From the NCBI GenBank assembly GCA_963666365.2, contig CAXXNF010000001.1, positions 1,248,001-1,312,000 of the forward strand: DNA of 64,000 nt, in the 5' to 3' direction. This stretch comes from Syntrophales bacterium. Its GTDB lineage: Bacteria; Desulfobacterota; Syntrophia; Syntrophales; UBA2210. The translations under genes and the position numbers were made by a program. Positions 10,381 through 20,381 of this stretch are shown in pieces; positions within the stretch are counted from its first letter, which is position 1; each line of letters starts with the position of its first letter. The notes beneath the pieces were generated by a model. That model was not told the origin of the DNA. It saw only the letters and a program-made list of their open reading frames with translations, and ran no database searches.

Positions 10381-11427
10381 GTGAAAGAAACCGAATCACA
10401 GCGCGGGACCTTGGCGGGTGCGCTTTTCCCCGAAGGCATCCCCCGACTCTGGTGCCCCCTTCTCACGCACTACCGGGAAGACGGAACCATCGATATCGAT
10501 CGCATGATTGCCCACATGCACCAAATTTCCCCCGATGTGGAAGGGTTTCTCATCCCGGGGTCCACCGGTGACGGATGGAGGCTCGATGACGAACAGTCCC
10601 TCATACTGGTCGATTGTGCCGTATCGATGGCCCGCCGCACGGGAAGTCACCTTCTTTTAGGCGTGCTGAGGCCGGATGCCCGAAGCATGACGGCTCTGAT
10701 CGATTCAATGCTGCGTTTCCTCAAGAAAAAAACGGGAATCGAAGCTGACATGGACTGCCTTATCGCTGCTCATGTCAGCGGATTTACCGTCTGCCCCCCC
10801 TCAGGCCGGGGCGACGATCAGGAGGCAATCTATGACGAACTTGCCGCGGTGGCCGATACGGCGCTGCCCCTGGCGCTTTATAACATTCCCTTTATTACGA
10901 AAAGCGAACTGGCGCCGGCCGCATTTCAAAGACTGGTGGCACGCTACTACAATATTTTCCTTTTCAAAGATTCCAGCGGGAAGGACCTGATCGCACATGC
11001 ATCTGTCGATCATGGCGGCGTCTTCCTTTTCAGGGGCGCCGAGGGAAATTACGCCGACGCACTGAAAGATAACGGCGGCGCCTACGACGGACTCCTCCTC
11101 AGCACGGCAAACTGCTTCGCCGGAGAACTTGCCGCGATTATCGACTACGTGGAGCGCGGCGCATTTCCCGCCGCCGCACATCTTTCAGATGCCATTACCC
11201 ATGTCCTGACCGAGGTCAACCGGCTTACGGCGCCCCTTCACAGCGGCAATCTTTTTGCGGCCACCATGAAGGCGATAGACCATTTTTACGCCTTCGGTCC
11301 CGGCGCCGTTCGTAAAAAGGGCCCGCTCCTCTATGGCGGCCTGCGCATACCGGAAGGGGTAATCAGAACTACGGGTGAACTGCTGCGTCAATTCGATCTT
11401 ATGCCGGCGCGGGGATACACCGCCTAA
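10381..11427 (+). CDS. Dihydrodipicolinate synthase-family aldolase/lyase
   Basis: PGSTGDGW, LYNIP, FKDSSG (Schiff-base Lys). Confidence 0.82.
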   Translation: MKETESQRGTLAGALFPEGIPRLWCPLLTHYREDGTIDIDRMIAHMHQISPDVEGFLIPGSTGDGWRLDDEQSLILVDCAVSMARRTGSHLLLGVLRPDARSMTALIDSMLRFLKKKTGIEADMDCLIAAHVSGFTVCPPSGRGDDQEAIYDELAAVADTALPLALYNIPFITKSELAPAAFQRLVARYYNIFLFKDSSGKDLIAHASVDHGGVFLFRGAEGNYADALKDNGGAYDGLLLSTANCFAGELAAIIDYVERGAFPAAAHLSDAITHVLTEVNRLTAPLHSGNLFAATMKAIDHFYAFGPGAVRKKGPLLYGGLRIPEGVIRTTGELLRQFDLMPARGYTA

Positions 11428-12707
11428 ATACCGCGGTAGGAACTGCTGGAAAGGCCGAAGAGAAGTACCACCAGCGCAAGGAGAATGCCGCCGCATCCTA
11501 CCGTTGCCGGTGCGCCGAAGGCGTCGGCAAAGAGGCTCATCACCATGTTCCCCAGGGGCAATGCCGAAAAGGTAAGCATATAGACGCTCATGACGCGGCC
11601 ATGATAGCGCCGGTCGGAACGGTCCATAAGGAGGGCGGCGTTCAGCGCCAGATAGGATGAAGACACGATGCCCACGATCACCAGTAGTGCCAGGGCAACA
11701 TAGAAGGAATCACTGAAGGCGAAGAGAGCCACCGTCGCCCCGAAGAGCACCCCAAGAACAAGCTGCACGATCCCGGGACGCTCCAACCTGCGAATCGAAG
11801 CGATCGCGAGAGATCCGATAAGGGCGCCGATGCCGTTTGCCATCATAAGCATGCCCAGTCCGCCGGGACCGACTGAAAATACCTTTTTCGCAAAGACGGG
11901 CATCAATGCTTGAAAGGGCATGCCGAGTATAATGGGGGCAATGCTCAAAACCAGCAGGACCAGCAGAACCGGGTGCCTCCAAATATAGAGTATGCCTTCG
12001 CCCATTGCGCTCCACCCTTTTGTGTCCTCTGCATTCGAAGGAGACCCGCGGTCGGGAATGTACAGAAGCGTCGCTATTACCAGCGCATACATACCAGCCA
12101 TAAGGAGATAGACGCCCCCCACATTCATCCAGGGGCCGCCGATCAGCCACCCCGCAAGAGGGGGACCGATCACCCGGCAGGCATTGAGCCCGGCCCCGTT
12201 TAATGCAACGGCGTTCATCAGCCGCTCACGACTGATTATCTCGGCCACGAAGGATTGACGGGCCGGCATGTGAAAGGTGAAGGCGCTTCCCATGAAAAAG
12301 GAAAGAACCACCATGTGCCATATTCTGATCGCGCCGCATATCACCAGCACAGCCATAATCAACGCGCCGGCGGCAGTGATCCACTGAGAAATCAGGAGAA
12401 TACGCCGCCTTGAATTCCGGTCGGCAACGACTCCCCCAAAAAGAGAAAAGACGAGCATGGGAACCCCGAAGCCCAGTGAGATGAAACCGATCGACGAAGC
12501 TGCCCCCGTCAGTTCAAAGGCAAGGTAGCCGTTGGTGAAGAAATTCATCTGCATGGCCAGAACGCCCGGCAGCATCCCGATCCAGAGTACGCGAAAATCC
12601 CGCTCCTGAAGCGCCGGAAAGGCCCGTAACCAGGACGCCGGAGGCTTTTCTTTCCCACCACTCTCCGCTTCAGCGGCCCGAGACCCCTTCTCGGCTTGAT
12701 TGCCCAT
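11424..12707 (-). CDS. MFS transporter
   Basis: About 12 hydrophobic segments, GGVVADRNSRRRIL, PARQS, GRVMS. Confidence 0.9.
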   Translation of the reverse strand: MGNQAEKGSRAAEAESGGKEKPPASWLRAFPALQERDFRVLWIGMLPGVLAMQMNFFTNGYLAFELTGAASSIGFISLGFGVPMLVFSLFGGVVADRNSRRRILLISQWITAAGALIMAVLVICGAIRIWHMVVLSFFMGSAFTFHMPARQSFVAEIISRERLMNAVALNGAGLNACRVIGPPLAGWLIGGPWMNVGGVYLLMAGMYALVIATLLYIPDRGSPSNAEDTKGWSAMGEGILYIWRHPVLLVLLVLSIAPIILGMPFQALMPVFAKKVFSVGPGGLGMLMMANGIGALIGSLAIASIRRLERPGIVQLVLGVLFGATVALFAFSDSFYVALALLVIVGIVSSSYLALNAALLMDRSDRRYHGRVMSVYMLTFSALPLGNMVMSLFADAFGAPATVGCGGILLALVVLLFGLSSSSYRGI

Positions 12708-12746
12708 TTCGCTCGTCGTTTCGTCCCCTCAGTTTCTTGTCTGCAC

Positions 12747-13817
12747 TCAGACACTGAACCGTATATTCAATATGTCGCCGTCACCGACAATGTATTCTTT
12801 CCCCTCGAGGCGAAAACGGCCCTGATCCTTGACGGCTTTTTCTGACCCGCACTCGATGAGATCCTGATAGGAAAAACACTCGGCACGGATAAATCCACGG
12901 GCCAGGTCGGAATGGATCGATCCGGCCGCAGCAAGCGCGGTATCTCCGCGGCGGATGGTCCAGGCCCGCACCTCGTCCGTACCCACCGTGAGAAAGCTGA
13001 TATAGCCGAGGGTCTCATAGGCAAAACGGGTCAGCCGGTCGCGGGCGGAATCGGTGATCCCCATGTCGTCCATAAACAGCCTGGCCTCTTCCTCATCGGT
13101 CAGTCGGGAGAGTTCCATCTCGAAAGCGCCGGCAAACTCGATTACCCGGCATCTTTTTTCAATTTCTTGAAGCAGATCGCCGTTGTTGCCGAATGTGGCC
13201 TCACCGGAATTGAGCACGATGAGCACGGGTTTTTTCGAAACAAACTGAAAACCGGCAATGATCTTTTCTTCGCCGTCACTGAAGGCCATTTCTCTGATCG
13301 AACGATTATCGTTCAATTGTTCCTGAATTTTCCCGAGTATACGCTCCTCGGCCTCCAGTTCGGCCGTCTTTTTGCCTCGCTTATAGCTCCACTCGATGCG
13401 TTCGAGACGGGTTTCGATAACGATAAGATCGGCCAGAATAAGCTCCGCTTCAATTGTTTCGATATCCTGCAGGGGGTTCGGTTCTCCCGAAAGGTCGTCA
13501 TGAAAGTTCCGCAGCACCAGCGCCAGCGCATCAAGGGTTTTTATCAACGCCATCTGACCGGCGGAGAACCCGCCGCCCCGGACCGAACCTCCCGAAAATC
13601 CGACGAAGTCAACCACCTCGACGGTTGCATAGGTTACCTTTTTCGGTGAATACATTCCGGCAAGGCGCTCAACCCGCTCATCGGCTACGGTGACTACGGC
13701 GATGTTCGGTTCCGCCTTGGCCGATGCATAAGCGGCGACCTCCGCGTTCGATTTAGTCAGGGCGTTGAATATCGTTGTCTTACCGGAGTTGGGAAGACCC
13801 AGTAACCCGATTTTCAT
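12747..13817 (-). CDS. ychF: YchF/Obg-like ATPase
   Basis: GLPNSGKTTIFNALT, EVRAWTI, AGSIHSDLARGFIRAE, RLEGKEYIVGDGDI. Confidence 0.9.
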   Translation of the reverse strand: MKIGLLGLPNSGKTTIFNALTKSNAEVAAYASAKAEPNIAVVTVADERVERLAGMYSPKKVTYATVEVVDFVGFSGGSVRGGGFSAGQMALIKTLDALALVLRNFHDDLSGEPNPLQDIETIEAELILADLIVIETRLERIEWSYKRGKKTAELEAEERILGKIQEQLNDNRSIREMAFSDGEEKIIAGFQFVSKKPVLIVLNSGEATFGNNGDLLQEIEKRCRVIEFAGAFEMELSRLTDEEEARLFMDDMGITDSARDRLTRFAYETLGYISFLTVGTDEVRAWTIRRGDTALAAAGSIHSDLARGFIRAECFSYQDLIECGSEKAVKDQGRFRLEGKEYIVGDGDILNIRFSV

Positions 13818-14061
13818 TCTCTCTTTACTCCTCCATGTATCCGGTCAATTGCTGTCATATCAAAAGGATGGAACGTAGGTCCAACGGGGCGGTTTGTCAA
13901 GGATTATTTACCGGCAACCGGCGGGCCGGCATGGACATTCCCGCGGATGGCTTGTGTTTCGGACATGCATGACTATATTATAGGGACAACGGCTTCAAGG
14001 AGGATGTGTGCGCATAATCATGTCGCCCCTCTGATCCCTTGAATCCTCAAGAGGAGGCATT

Positions 14062-14211
14062 ATGCAGGAAATAGTAATTCTCATCCTTATTGTGGGCGGC
14101 TGGTTTGCGCTGCAGAAGTGGATCCTTCCGAAGATGGGGGTGGACACCTGAATGAGCAGGGCCTGTCAGGTGACAGACAAAAAACCGAAAGAAGAAACAG
14201 GAAAAGACTGA
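14062..14211 (+). CDS. Small single-TM protein, candidate selenoprotein (U30; UxxxxC)
   Basis: GAGGAGG RBS; MQEIVILILIVGGWFALQKWILPKMGVDT-TGA-MSRACQVTDKKPKEETGKD; hairpin CTGTC-AGGT-GACAG 11 nt after the TGA. Confidence 0.72.
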
Positions 14212-14243
14212 GGCGTCTCGCGGCGCGACATCCCTCAGATCCC

Positions 14244-14939
14244 TCAGGGCAATTTTCTTTCTCCCTCCGCAAGGGCCTCAAGGCCTTTGCGGTTTTCAAT
14301 TTTAATGCGGGCACCATGGCCTTCGATCAGGCCCGCCTCTTCCATTCTCGCGAGAATTCGGGAAAGCGTCTCGGGAGTGGTCCCCAAAAAGCTCGCCAGA
14401 TTGCCCTTTGACATGTCAAGGACAACCATGTCCCTGTCCGGCTGCTGCGCTTCCAGAAAGAGGAGATATGCGGCAAGCCGCCCCGGCGCCTCGCGCAGAG
14501 AAAGCCCCTCGATCACCCGCACAAAACGTCGCAGGCGAAGAGAAAGCACCCCGAGCATGGCCATTGCAAACGAGGGGTCGTCGCCGATAAGACCGATCAA
14601 CGATTCGCGGCCGACAAAGAGAAGGCGACCGGCCTCGAAGGCCTCGGCATAGGCGGGAAAGGCCGTCCCCGAAAAGAGGGCGCCCTCGCCGACGGTTTCT
14701 CCCGGGCCGGCGAGATGGAGGATCTGTTCCTTCCCCTCGGGGGAAAGCTTATAAATTTTGACCCGCCCCTCCAGCACCATATAAAGACCGCCTGCCCTCT
14801 CCCCCTCCGAAAACACCGCCTGGCCCCCGGCATAGGAACGGACCAGGGCGATCTTCGCCAGCCGCTCCCGCTGGGCGGAAGAAAACCCCGAAAAGAGGGG
14901 AACGGAAGATATATGCTGAAGAATATTATTCCGGTTCAT
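14244..14939 (-). CDS. Crp/Fnr-family transcriptional regulator (HcpR-like)
   Basis: cNMP-binding domain (EGRVKIYKLSPEGKEQIL) and HTH (LGTTPETLSRIL). Confidence 0.92.
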   Translation of the reverse strand: MNRNNILQHISSVPLFSGFSSAQRERLAKIALVRSYAGGQAVFSEGERAGGLYMVLEGRVKIYKLSPEGKEQILHLAGPGETVGEGALFSGTAFPAYAEAFEAGRLLFVGRESLIGLIGDDPSFAMAMLGVLSLRLRRFVRVIEGLSLREAPGRLAAYLLFLEAQQPDRDMVVLDMSKGNLASFLGTTPETLSRILARMEEAGLIEGHGARIKIENRKGLEALAEGERKLP

Positions 14940-15131
14940 TCGACTGAGAGTTTTTTGCGCTGCCCGGACAGTCTGTCGTTAATGAGTTTCAAGACATGGA
15001 AATGATCACCCACTGGTTGCCTTCGTAAGATGACAAGATACAGCACTGATATATGCGGAAGACATATACATGGTGATGGATGCAACCCATGAAAATCTGA
15101 AAATCCGGGGTACATGCCGGATCAATTTATC

Positions 15132-15416
15132 TTAGCCCGATCTCGAGTAATGGACAGCTACCTGGTCCCCGTAAATATACACTCGTGTCACCGAATAACC
15201 GTTATTCCTATAGCACTCGGGAATATTATAGGTGATCGTAAATTCGGGATCGGGAATATTGCCCGTCATACCCTGGGCATCAAGATCCTGACGGATGCAG
15301 GAATACTGATCCGCAACGGCCTGTGGCGTGCTGAAAAGCCACATCATCAGCATCGATGCAGCCAGCGCCCCGGCCAGAAAATACGATATCCCCCGAAATC
15401 GTTTTATTGTTTTCAT
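15132..15416 (-). CDS. Small hypothetical exported protein
   Basis: AAGGAGG RBS; signal-peptide-like N-terminus ending QAVA; two Cys. Confidence 0.6.
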   Translation of the reverse strand: MKTIKRFRGISYFLAGALAASMLMMWLFSTPQAVADQYSCIRQDLDAQGMTGNIPDPEFTITYNIPECYRNNGYSVTRVYIYGDQVAVHYSRSG

Positions 15417-15523
15417 GGCTGCCCTCCTTTGAGCGGTTTTCACTGTACAGGTAAAATTATTGCACGGGATTTCCGGTTTTTTCAACTATAAAAGCAACAT
15501 GTCAGCCTGATGAACGATATTTT

Positions 15524-15537
15524 TTGACATACATCAA
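15524..15537. promoter_or_regulatory. Fnr/HcpR-type binding box
   Basis: TTGAC-ATAC-ATCAA resembles TTGAT-N4-ATCAA; lies upstream of the ferredoxin-domain gene and near a Crp/Fnr gene. Confidence 0.65.
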
Positions 15538-15620
15538 AGCACTTCGCCTCAGGAATGATTATTGTACGAACAACAGTGCAGGGACCGACAGGGAACAGTA
15601 CATCGAAAGGGGAAGACGCC

Positions 15621-16370
15621 ATGAAGATACGAAGAAAAATCATTACCATAGATGAAGAAAAATGCGACGGCTGCGGGCTCTGCACCGAGGCGTGCAGTGA
15701 AGGCGCCATCAGGATCGAAGGCGGCAAGGCCAGGCTGATCGCCGAAAAATATTGCGACGGCCTCGGCGCCTGTCTGGGAGAATGCCCGCAGGGTGCAATC
15801 ACCATCACCGAGCGGGATGCGGAGGCCTTTGACGAGATCGCCGTGGAGGCCCACCTGCAACAGCACGTGGCGCCTGTCGCCGACGCGTTACCCATGGCCT
15901 GCGGTTGTCCCTCCTCCCATATCGAGACCTTTTCACGCCCCTCTGCAGGCGACGCACCACCACTATGTGCCGCAGCACCTCGAGGCGGCTCATCGGAACT
16001 CACCCACTGGCCCGTCCAGATCAGGCTCGTGCCCCCCACGGCGCCGTTCCTTGAAAACGCCGATCTTCTTGTAGCGGCCGACTGCACGCCGGTGGCCTGC
16101 GGGCGGTTTCAGGAGGACTTCGTGAAGGGACGGACAGTGATGCTGGGATGTCCCAAATTCGACGATGTCGAGGACTACGTGGAAAAATTCGCCCGGATAT
16201 TTCAGCAGGCGCACATTCGAAGCATCGTCGTCCTTGTCATGGAGGTTCCCTGCTGTCAGGGACTGCCGATCATTCTTCAAAGGGCCATGGCGCTCTCGGG
16301 AAAGCGGATTCCCGTGGAAAGGGTGGTTGTGTCAACCCGGGGCGAAATTGTGGAAAAACAGACACTATGA
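15621..16370 (+). CDS. 4Fe-4S dicluster ferredoxin-domain protein
   Basis: CDGCGLCTEAC, CDGLGACLGECP, WPVQIRLV, GCPKFD, MEVPCCQG. Confidence 0.92.
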   Translation: MKIRRKIITIDEEKCDGCGLCTEACSEGAIRIEGGKARLIAEKYCDGLGACLGECPQGAITITERDAEAFDEIAVEAHLQQHVAPVADALPMACGCPSSHIETFSRPSAGDAPPLCAAAPRGGSSELTHWPVQIRLVPPTAPFLENADLLVAADCTPVACGRFQEDFVKGRTVMLGCPKFDDVEDYVEKFARIFQQAHIRSIVVLVMEVPCCQGLPIILQRAMALSGKRIPVERVVVSTRGEIVEKQTL

Positions 16371-16517
16371 CAGGAGCTTTGCACCATTCCCTCGGGCGTC
16401 ACTCTCGTCATGGGGGCAAACGGTCTTACCTGCACGGACACGTGCATCGTTCTGCATCATCATGCAGCTCCTGTGACGTATTTCATCAGAAAGGCCGCAG
16501 AAATGGCCCTGTTGACG

Positions 16518-16997
16518 TCACGGCTCGAGTTGCGCCTTTTTGATTTCCTTCAGTGCCTTTGGAATCGTGTCCTTGGGACTGACTTTATACCAGGCGTTTC
16601 TCACCCTTCCGTTCTCGCCTATCAGAAAGGAAGAGCGGATTATGCCCATGAATTTTTTCCCGTACATATTTTTTTCGCCCCACACATCGTAGGACCGGGC
16701 AACGTGGCGATCTTCATCGGCAAGCAGAGGAAATCCCAGTGCCTCCTTGTCGTCGAACTTCTTCTGGGCCGACGGGGCATCGGGACTGATGCCGATTACC
16801 GAGACCCCCAGAGACTCAAGCTCATCTTTGGCATCCCGCACCGCCCGGGCCTGGGTGGTACATCCCGACGTGCCCGCCTTCGGATAAAAGTAGATCAGCA
16901 GCTTGCGCCCCTTGTAGTCGGATAGTCTGACCATGTGTTCGTTCTGATCGTTAAGCGCGAAATCGGGCGCCCTGTCTCCCCGCTTGAGCTGAGCCAT
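16518..16997 (-). CDS. bcp: Peroxiredoxin Bcp/PrxQ
   Basis: YFYPKAGTSGCT, GISPD, IIRSSFLI; GGAGG RBS. Confidence 0.92.
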   Translation of the reverse strand: MAQLKRGDRAPDFALNDQNEHMVRLSDYKGRKLLIYFYPKAGTSGCTTQARAVRDAKDELESLGVSVIGISPDAPSAQKKFDDKEALGFPLLADEDRHVARSYDVWGEKNMYGKKFMGIIRSSFLIGENGRVRNAWYKVSPKDTIPKALKEIKKAQLEP

Positions 16998-17001
16998 CGC
17001 T

Positions 17002-17637
17002 TCACCTCCCTTGAATAGAGTTGTCAGCGGCCAGGTACTCGTCAAGATAGCGGATGATATCCTGTTCTCGGCCGAAATAAAAGTGGTCGGCGCCATCGAC
17101 CACTGAAAGCAGGCCCCCCGCGCGGGGGGCCTCGTTGCGCAACACATCGAGGGGGCAGAATTGATCCCGGTCGCCGCATATGATAAGCCCGCATTTTCCT
17201 GAAAGGGTCGCAAGATCGAAGGGAACATACTCGATGGGCGGCGACACCATAATACAATCGGCAAAGACCGCCCCTCCGGAGAGAACCCGCGAGTTCACCC
17301 AGGCGCCGAAGGAATACCCCGACAGGATAATGTCGCCGATCCCCTTCTCTTCCAGAAAGGACCGCGCGCCCCTGACATCCTCCTGCTCTCCGATGCCGTT
17401 ATCGAAGCGCCCCTCGCTTCTGCCGACCCCTCTGAAATTGAAGCGGAGCGTCGCATATCCCCGTCCCTGAAAAGCGGCAACCATGGCTTCCACCACGTTG
17501 TTGTGCATGCTGCCCCCCATCTGGGAATGGGGATGGGTAATCAGTGCCCCGCCGGTGCCGGCGCCGGATTGGTAGAACCCTTCAAGAGATAGTGATCCGC
17601 TTTTAAACCACACCTTCTCTTCGTTCATGATCATCAT
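17002..17637 (-). CDS. Alpha/beta hydrolase
   Basis: HPHSQMGGSM, RFNFRGVGRSEG, GYSFG, GADHF. Confidence 0.9.
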   Translation of the reverse strand: MMIMNEEKVWFKSGSLSLEGFYQSGAGTGGALITHPHSQMGGSMHNNVVEAMVAAFQGRGYATLRFNFRGVGRSEGRFDNGIGEQEDVRGARSFLEEKGIGDIILSGYSFGAWVNSRVLSGGAVFADCIMVSPPIEYVPFDLATLSGKCGLIICGDRDQFCPLDVLRNEAPRAGGLLSVVDGADHFYFGREQDIIRYLDEYLAADNSIQGR

Positions 17638-17640
17638 CCT

Positions 17641-18948
17641 TTATACGAGATAGAGATCCTCCGCCTGGCGCAGCAGTTCTTCCCTGAAATCGGGGTGCGC
17701 GATGCCGATGATGGCAAGGGCCCGCTCTCTGGTTGACTTCCCCTTAAGGTTGACGGCGCCGTATTCGGTCACCAGATAATGTACATCCATCCGGGGCGTG
17801 GTCACCACCGTTCCCGGCGCGAACCGGGGAACGACACGCGAAACCGCGCCCTTCTCCGCCGTGGAATAGAAGGCGAGCATGGATTTTCCATCTTTGGAAT
17901 TGAAGGCGCCTCTCACAAAATCGAGCTGCCCCCCCGTACCGCTGTACTGCGCTCCGGCCAGAAATTCCGCGTTTGCCTGCCCCAGAAGATCCACTTCCAA
18001 TATGGAGTTGATGGAAATCATGCGGTCGTTTCGTGCAATTACGGACGGGTCATTGGTATAGGAGACGGCATAACTCTCCATACTGGGATTGTTGTCCATA
18101 AATTCATACATGCGGGTGTCCCCCTGGGCTACAGTAAACACGTTTTTCAACGGATGAAGGGTTTTTCTCCGCCCCGTCACCACCCCCTTCTCAATAAGGT
18201 CCACCATGCCGGGAACGAAGAGTTCCGTGTGAATACCCAGATCCTTGTGGTCGGTAAGATAGGCCGTAATCGCATTGGGAATCGCCCCGAAACCAAGCTG
18301 AAGCGTTGCACCATCGGGAACCATCTCGGCGATGATGCCACCTATCGTTTCGGCCTCCGGTTTCGCATCGCCGAGACCCATCTCCAGCAACGGCCGGGTA
18401 TTTTCAATCACGGCATCCACTTCCGAGATGTGAAGAAGGGAGTCGCCGAATACACGGGGCATCCGTTCATTGACCTCAACAATAAGCCGCTCGCAATGAC
18501 GGGCCGCGGTGGAGGTGAAATCATTCGCCGTGCCGAAGCTGAAAAAGCCTGCCTTGTCCATAGGGGATACCGTCGTGACCATGCAGTCAATTTCCATGAA
18601 CTCTCGACAGAGACGGGGAACCTGGTGAAAGTAGTTGGGAATAAAATTATCGAGACCCACCCTCACCATGCCTCTGTCCTGGACGCTGACAAACCAGGTA
18701 TAGGCTTCTATGCAGTCGCTCAGTTCCGGCGCCAGCACCGTCGATGCGGCATGTGCGAGGGGAAGCAAAGAATAGACCTTTATTCCCCTGAGATCGCCGG
18801 CCCGCGCCCGTTCAGCAACTGCCGCAAGCAGAGCGGGCGGTTCGGCGATGCTCAGCCCGTGGACGAGCGTATCTCCGTTTTGTATCGCCGCAACGGCCTT
18901 CTCGGCCGTGGTGAGCTTGCTGCGGTATTCCGCGTAATAGTCTCCCAT
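17641..18948 (-). CDS. Acetyl-CoA hydrolase/transferase (4-hydroxybutyrate CoA-transferase-like)
   Basis: DGATLQLGFGAIP, LGIHTE, SGTGGQLDF, VTEYG, IAHPDFREEL. Confidence 0.93.
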   Translation of the reverse strand: MGDYYAEYRSKLTTAEKAVAAIQNGDTLVHGLSIAEPPALLAAVAERARAGDLRGIKVYSLLPLAHAASTVLAPELSDCIEAYTWFVSVQDRGMVRVGLDNFIPNYFHQVPRLCREFMEIDCMVTTVSPMDKAGFFSFGTANDFTSTAARHCERLIVEVNERMPRVFGDSLLHISEVDAVIENTRPLLEMGLGDAKPEAETIGGIIAEMVPDGATLQLGFGAIPNAITAYLTDHKDLGIHTELFVPGMVDLIEKGVVTGRRKTLHPLKNVFTVAQGDTRMYEFMDNNPSMESYAVSYTNDPSVIARNDRMISINSILEVDLLGQANAEFLAGAQYSGTGGQLDFVRGAFNSKDGKSMLAFYSTAEKGAVSRVVPRFAPGTVVTTPRMDVHYLVTEYGAVNLKGKSTRERALAIIGIAHPDFREELLRQAEDLYLV

Positions 18949-19371
18949 GGGTCGCCTCCTTGTTTACCGCATTATAGTTAATGATTGATTGTCAGGTGTC
19001 AACAAAATAATCTGCGGGAGCTAAGCGCGGCCTACTAGGGCTCTTTTATAAAAAACTTTACAAACAAAATGTGCCAATCCTTTTCAAAGTAGGATGCTTC
19101 AAAGTACAGAAGGCGACACATGGTAAACACGGGGCGAAGCCCAGAAGGAATTGCATTGAGCAAAAAGGGCCTGAACAGTGTGACTCCCATATTCACTCCC
19201 GTTCTATCTCAAAGAGGCTGAGTAATCGCTTCAGTATAATTCCTCTGCCACAGTCATGCGAGGAAGAGACTATATGTTGGAACAAAGTTCTTGACATATC
19301 TGTTTGTTGTTAAGAATATCCCCGATTATTTTACCAGCATTTTATTTGTCGTAAGAAACAAAGGACTTGCA

Positions 19372-20283
19372 ATGATGACAGCTAGAATGAATGAGGACCT
19401 GATTAGAGAGAACAAACAGTTGCAAAGACAGATTAATGAATTAAAATCATTGATTAAATGTCCATTTGACAATGACGAACATAATATTCAGAAACTTCCT
19501 ATAGAATTAATCGCAGAAACAGCTCAAGAGACTATTGTGGTGATACAAGATGAAAGATACATGTATGCCAATAAAAGAGCTGCAGAAATAACTGGTTATT
19601 CGGTTGAAGAAATGTATAGCAAACATCTCAGAGATATAGTGTATCATGAAGATTATGATAAGGTAATATCCAGTAATATTAAAAGGATAAATGGATATAA
19701 AATAAAATACCGGCACAGGATTATTGATAAAAAAGGACAGATGAAGCATCTGGAGAGCTTCGGAATAGGCATCTTATGGGAAGGACAACCAGCAACCTTG
19801 TGTTTTCTAAACGACATAACCGCTCAAATTAATGCAGAAAATGCATTACGCAAAAATTCACAGATACTGGAACAGACAAACACCGCCTTAAACGTATTGT
19901 TGAAACATCGGGAAGAGGATCTAAACGATGTCGAAGAAAAGGTGATAAATAATATCAATAAACTCATTCTTCCATACCTAGAAAAAGTGAAGGCGTTTCC
20001 CTTGAACTCTGATGTTGCCTCTTATATAGATATTATCGAAAGACATGTACATGAAATTACATCTCCTTTTTTGCAAAAGCTGTCCCGACAATTTTTAAAT
20101 CTTACGCCTCGAGAAATTCAAATAGCTTCTTTGATTAGAAGTGGCAAGCCAACCAAAGAAATCAGCACAATAATGAACATTGCAATCAGCACAGTAGATA
20201 ATCACAGAAAAAGCATTCGGAAAAAACTGGGATTAAAATCTAAAAAAGACAATCTTCAATCCTTTCTCATGTCACTTAAGTAA
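19372..20283 (+). CDS. PAS-domain LuxR-family transcriptional regulator
   Basis: PAS (YANKRAAEITGYS) and LuxR HTH (LTPREIQIA...HRKSIRKKLG). Confidence 0.88.
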   Translation: MMTARMNEDLIRENKQLQRQINELKSLIKCPFDNDEHNIQKLPIELIAETAQETIVVIQDERYMYANKRAAEITGYSVEEMYSKHLRDIVYHEDYDKVISSNIKRINGYKIKYRHRIIDKKGQMKHLESFGIGILWEGQPATLCFLNDITAQINAENALRKNSQILEQTNTALNVLLKHREEDLNDVEEKVINNINKLILPYLEKVKAFPLNSDVASYIDIIERHVHEITSPFLQKLSRQFLNLTPREIQIASLIRSGKPTKEISTIMNIAISTVDNHRKSIRKKLGLKSKKDNLQSFLMSLK

Positions 20284-20381
20284 CAGCTATATCATATAGC
20301 TAATATTATACCAATATTGGCTTATTGCCTTTTCTATTCCCATATGCTCATACTCACCGAAACATTACTAGAGGTGAGATT

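Noticed and set aside
16840..16870. Bcp as a selenoprotein
   Set aside because: The peroxidatic residue is encoded by TGT (Cys)
17779..18981. 400-aa plus-strand ORF, and similar long antisense ORFs such as 26988-28361 and 41406-42668
   Set aside because: Shadow ORFs opposite well-supported genes, with no recognisable motifs
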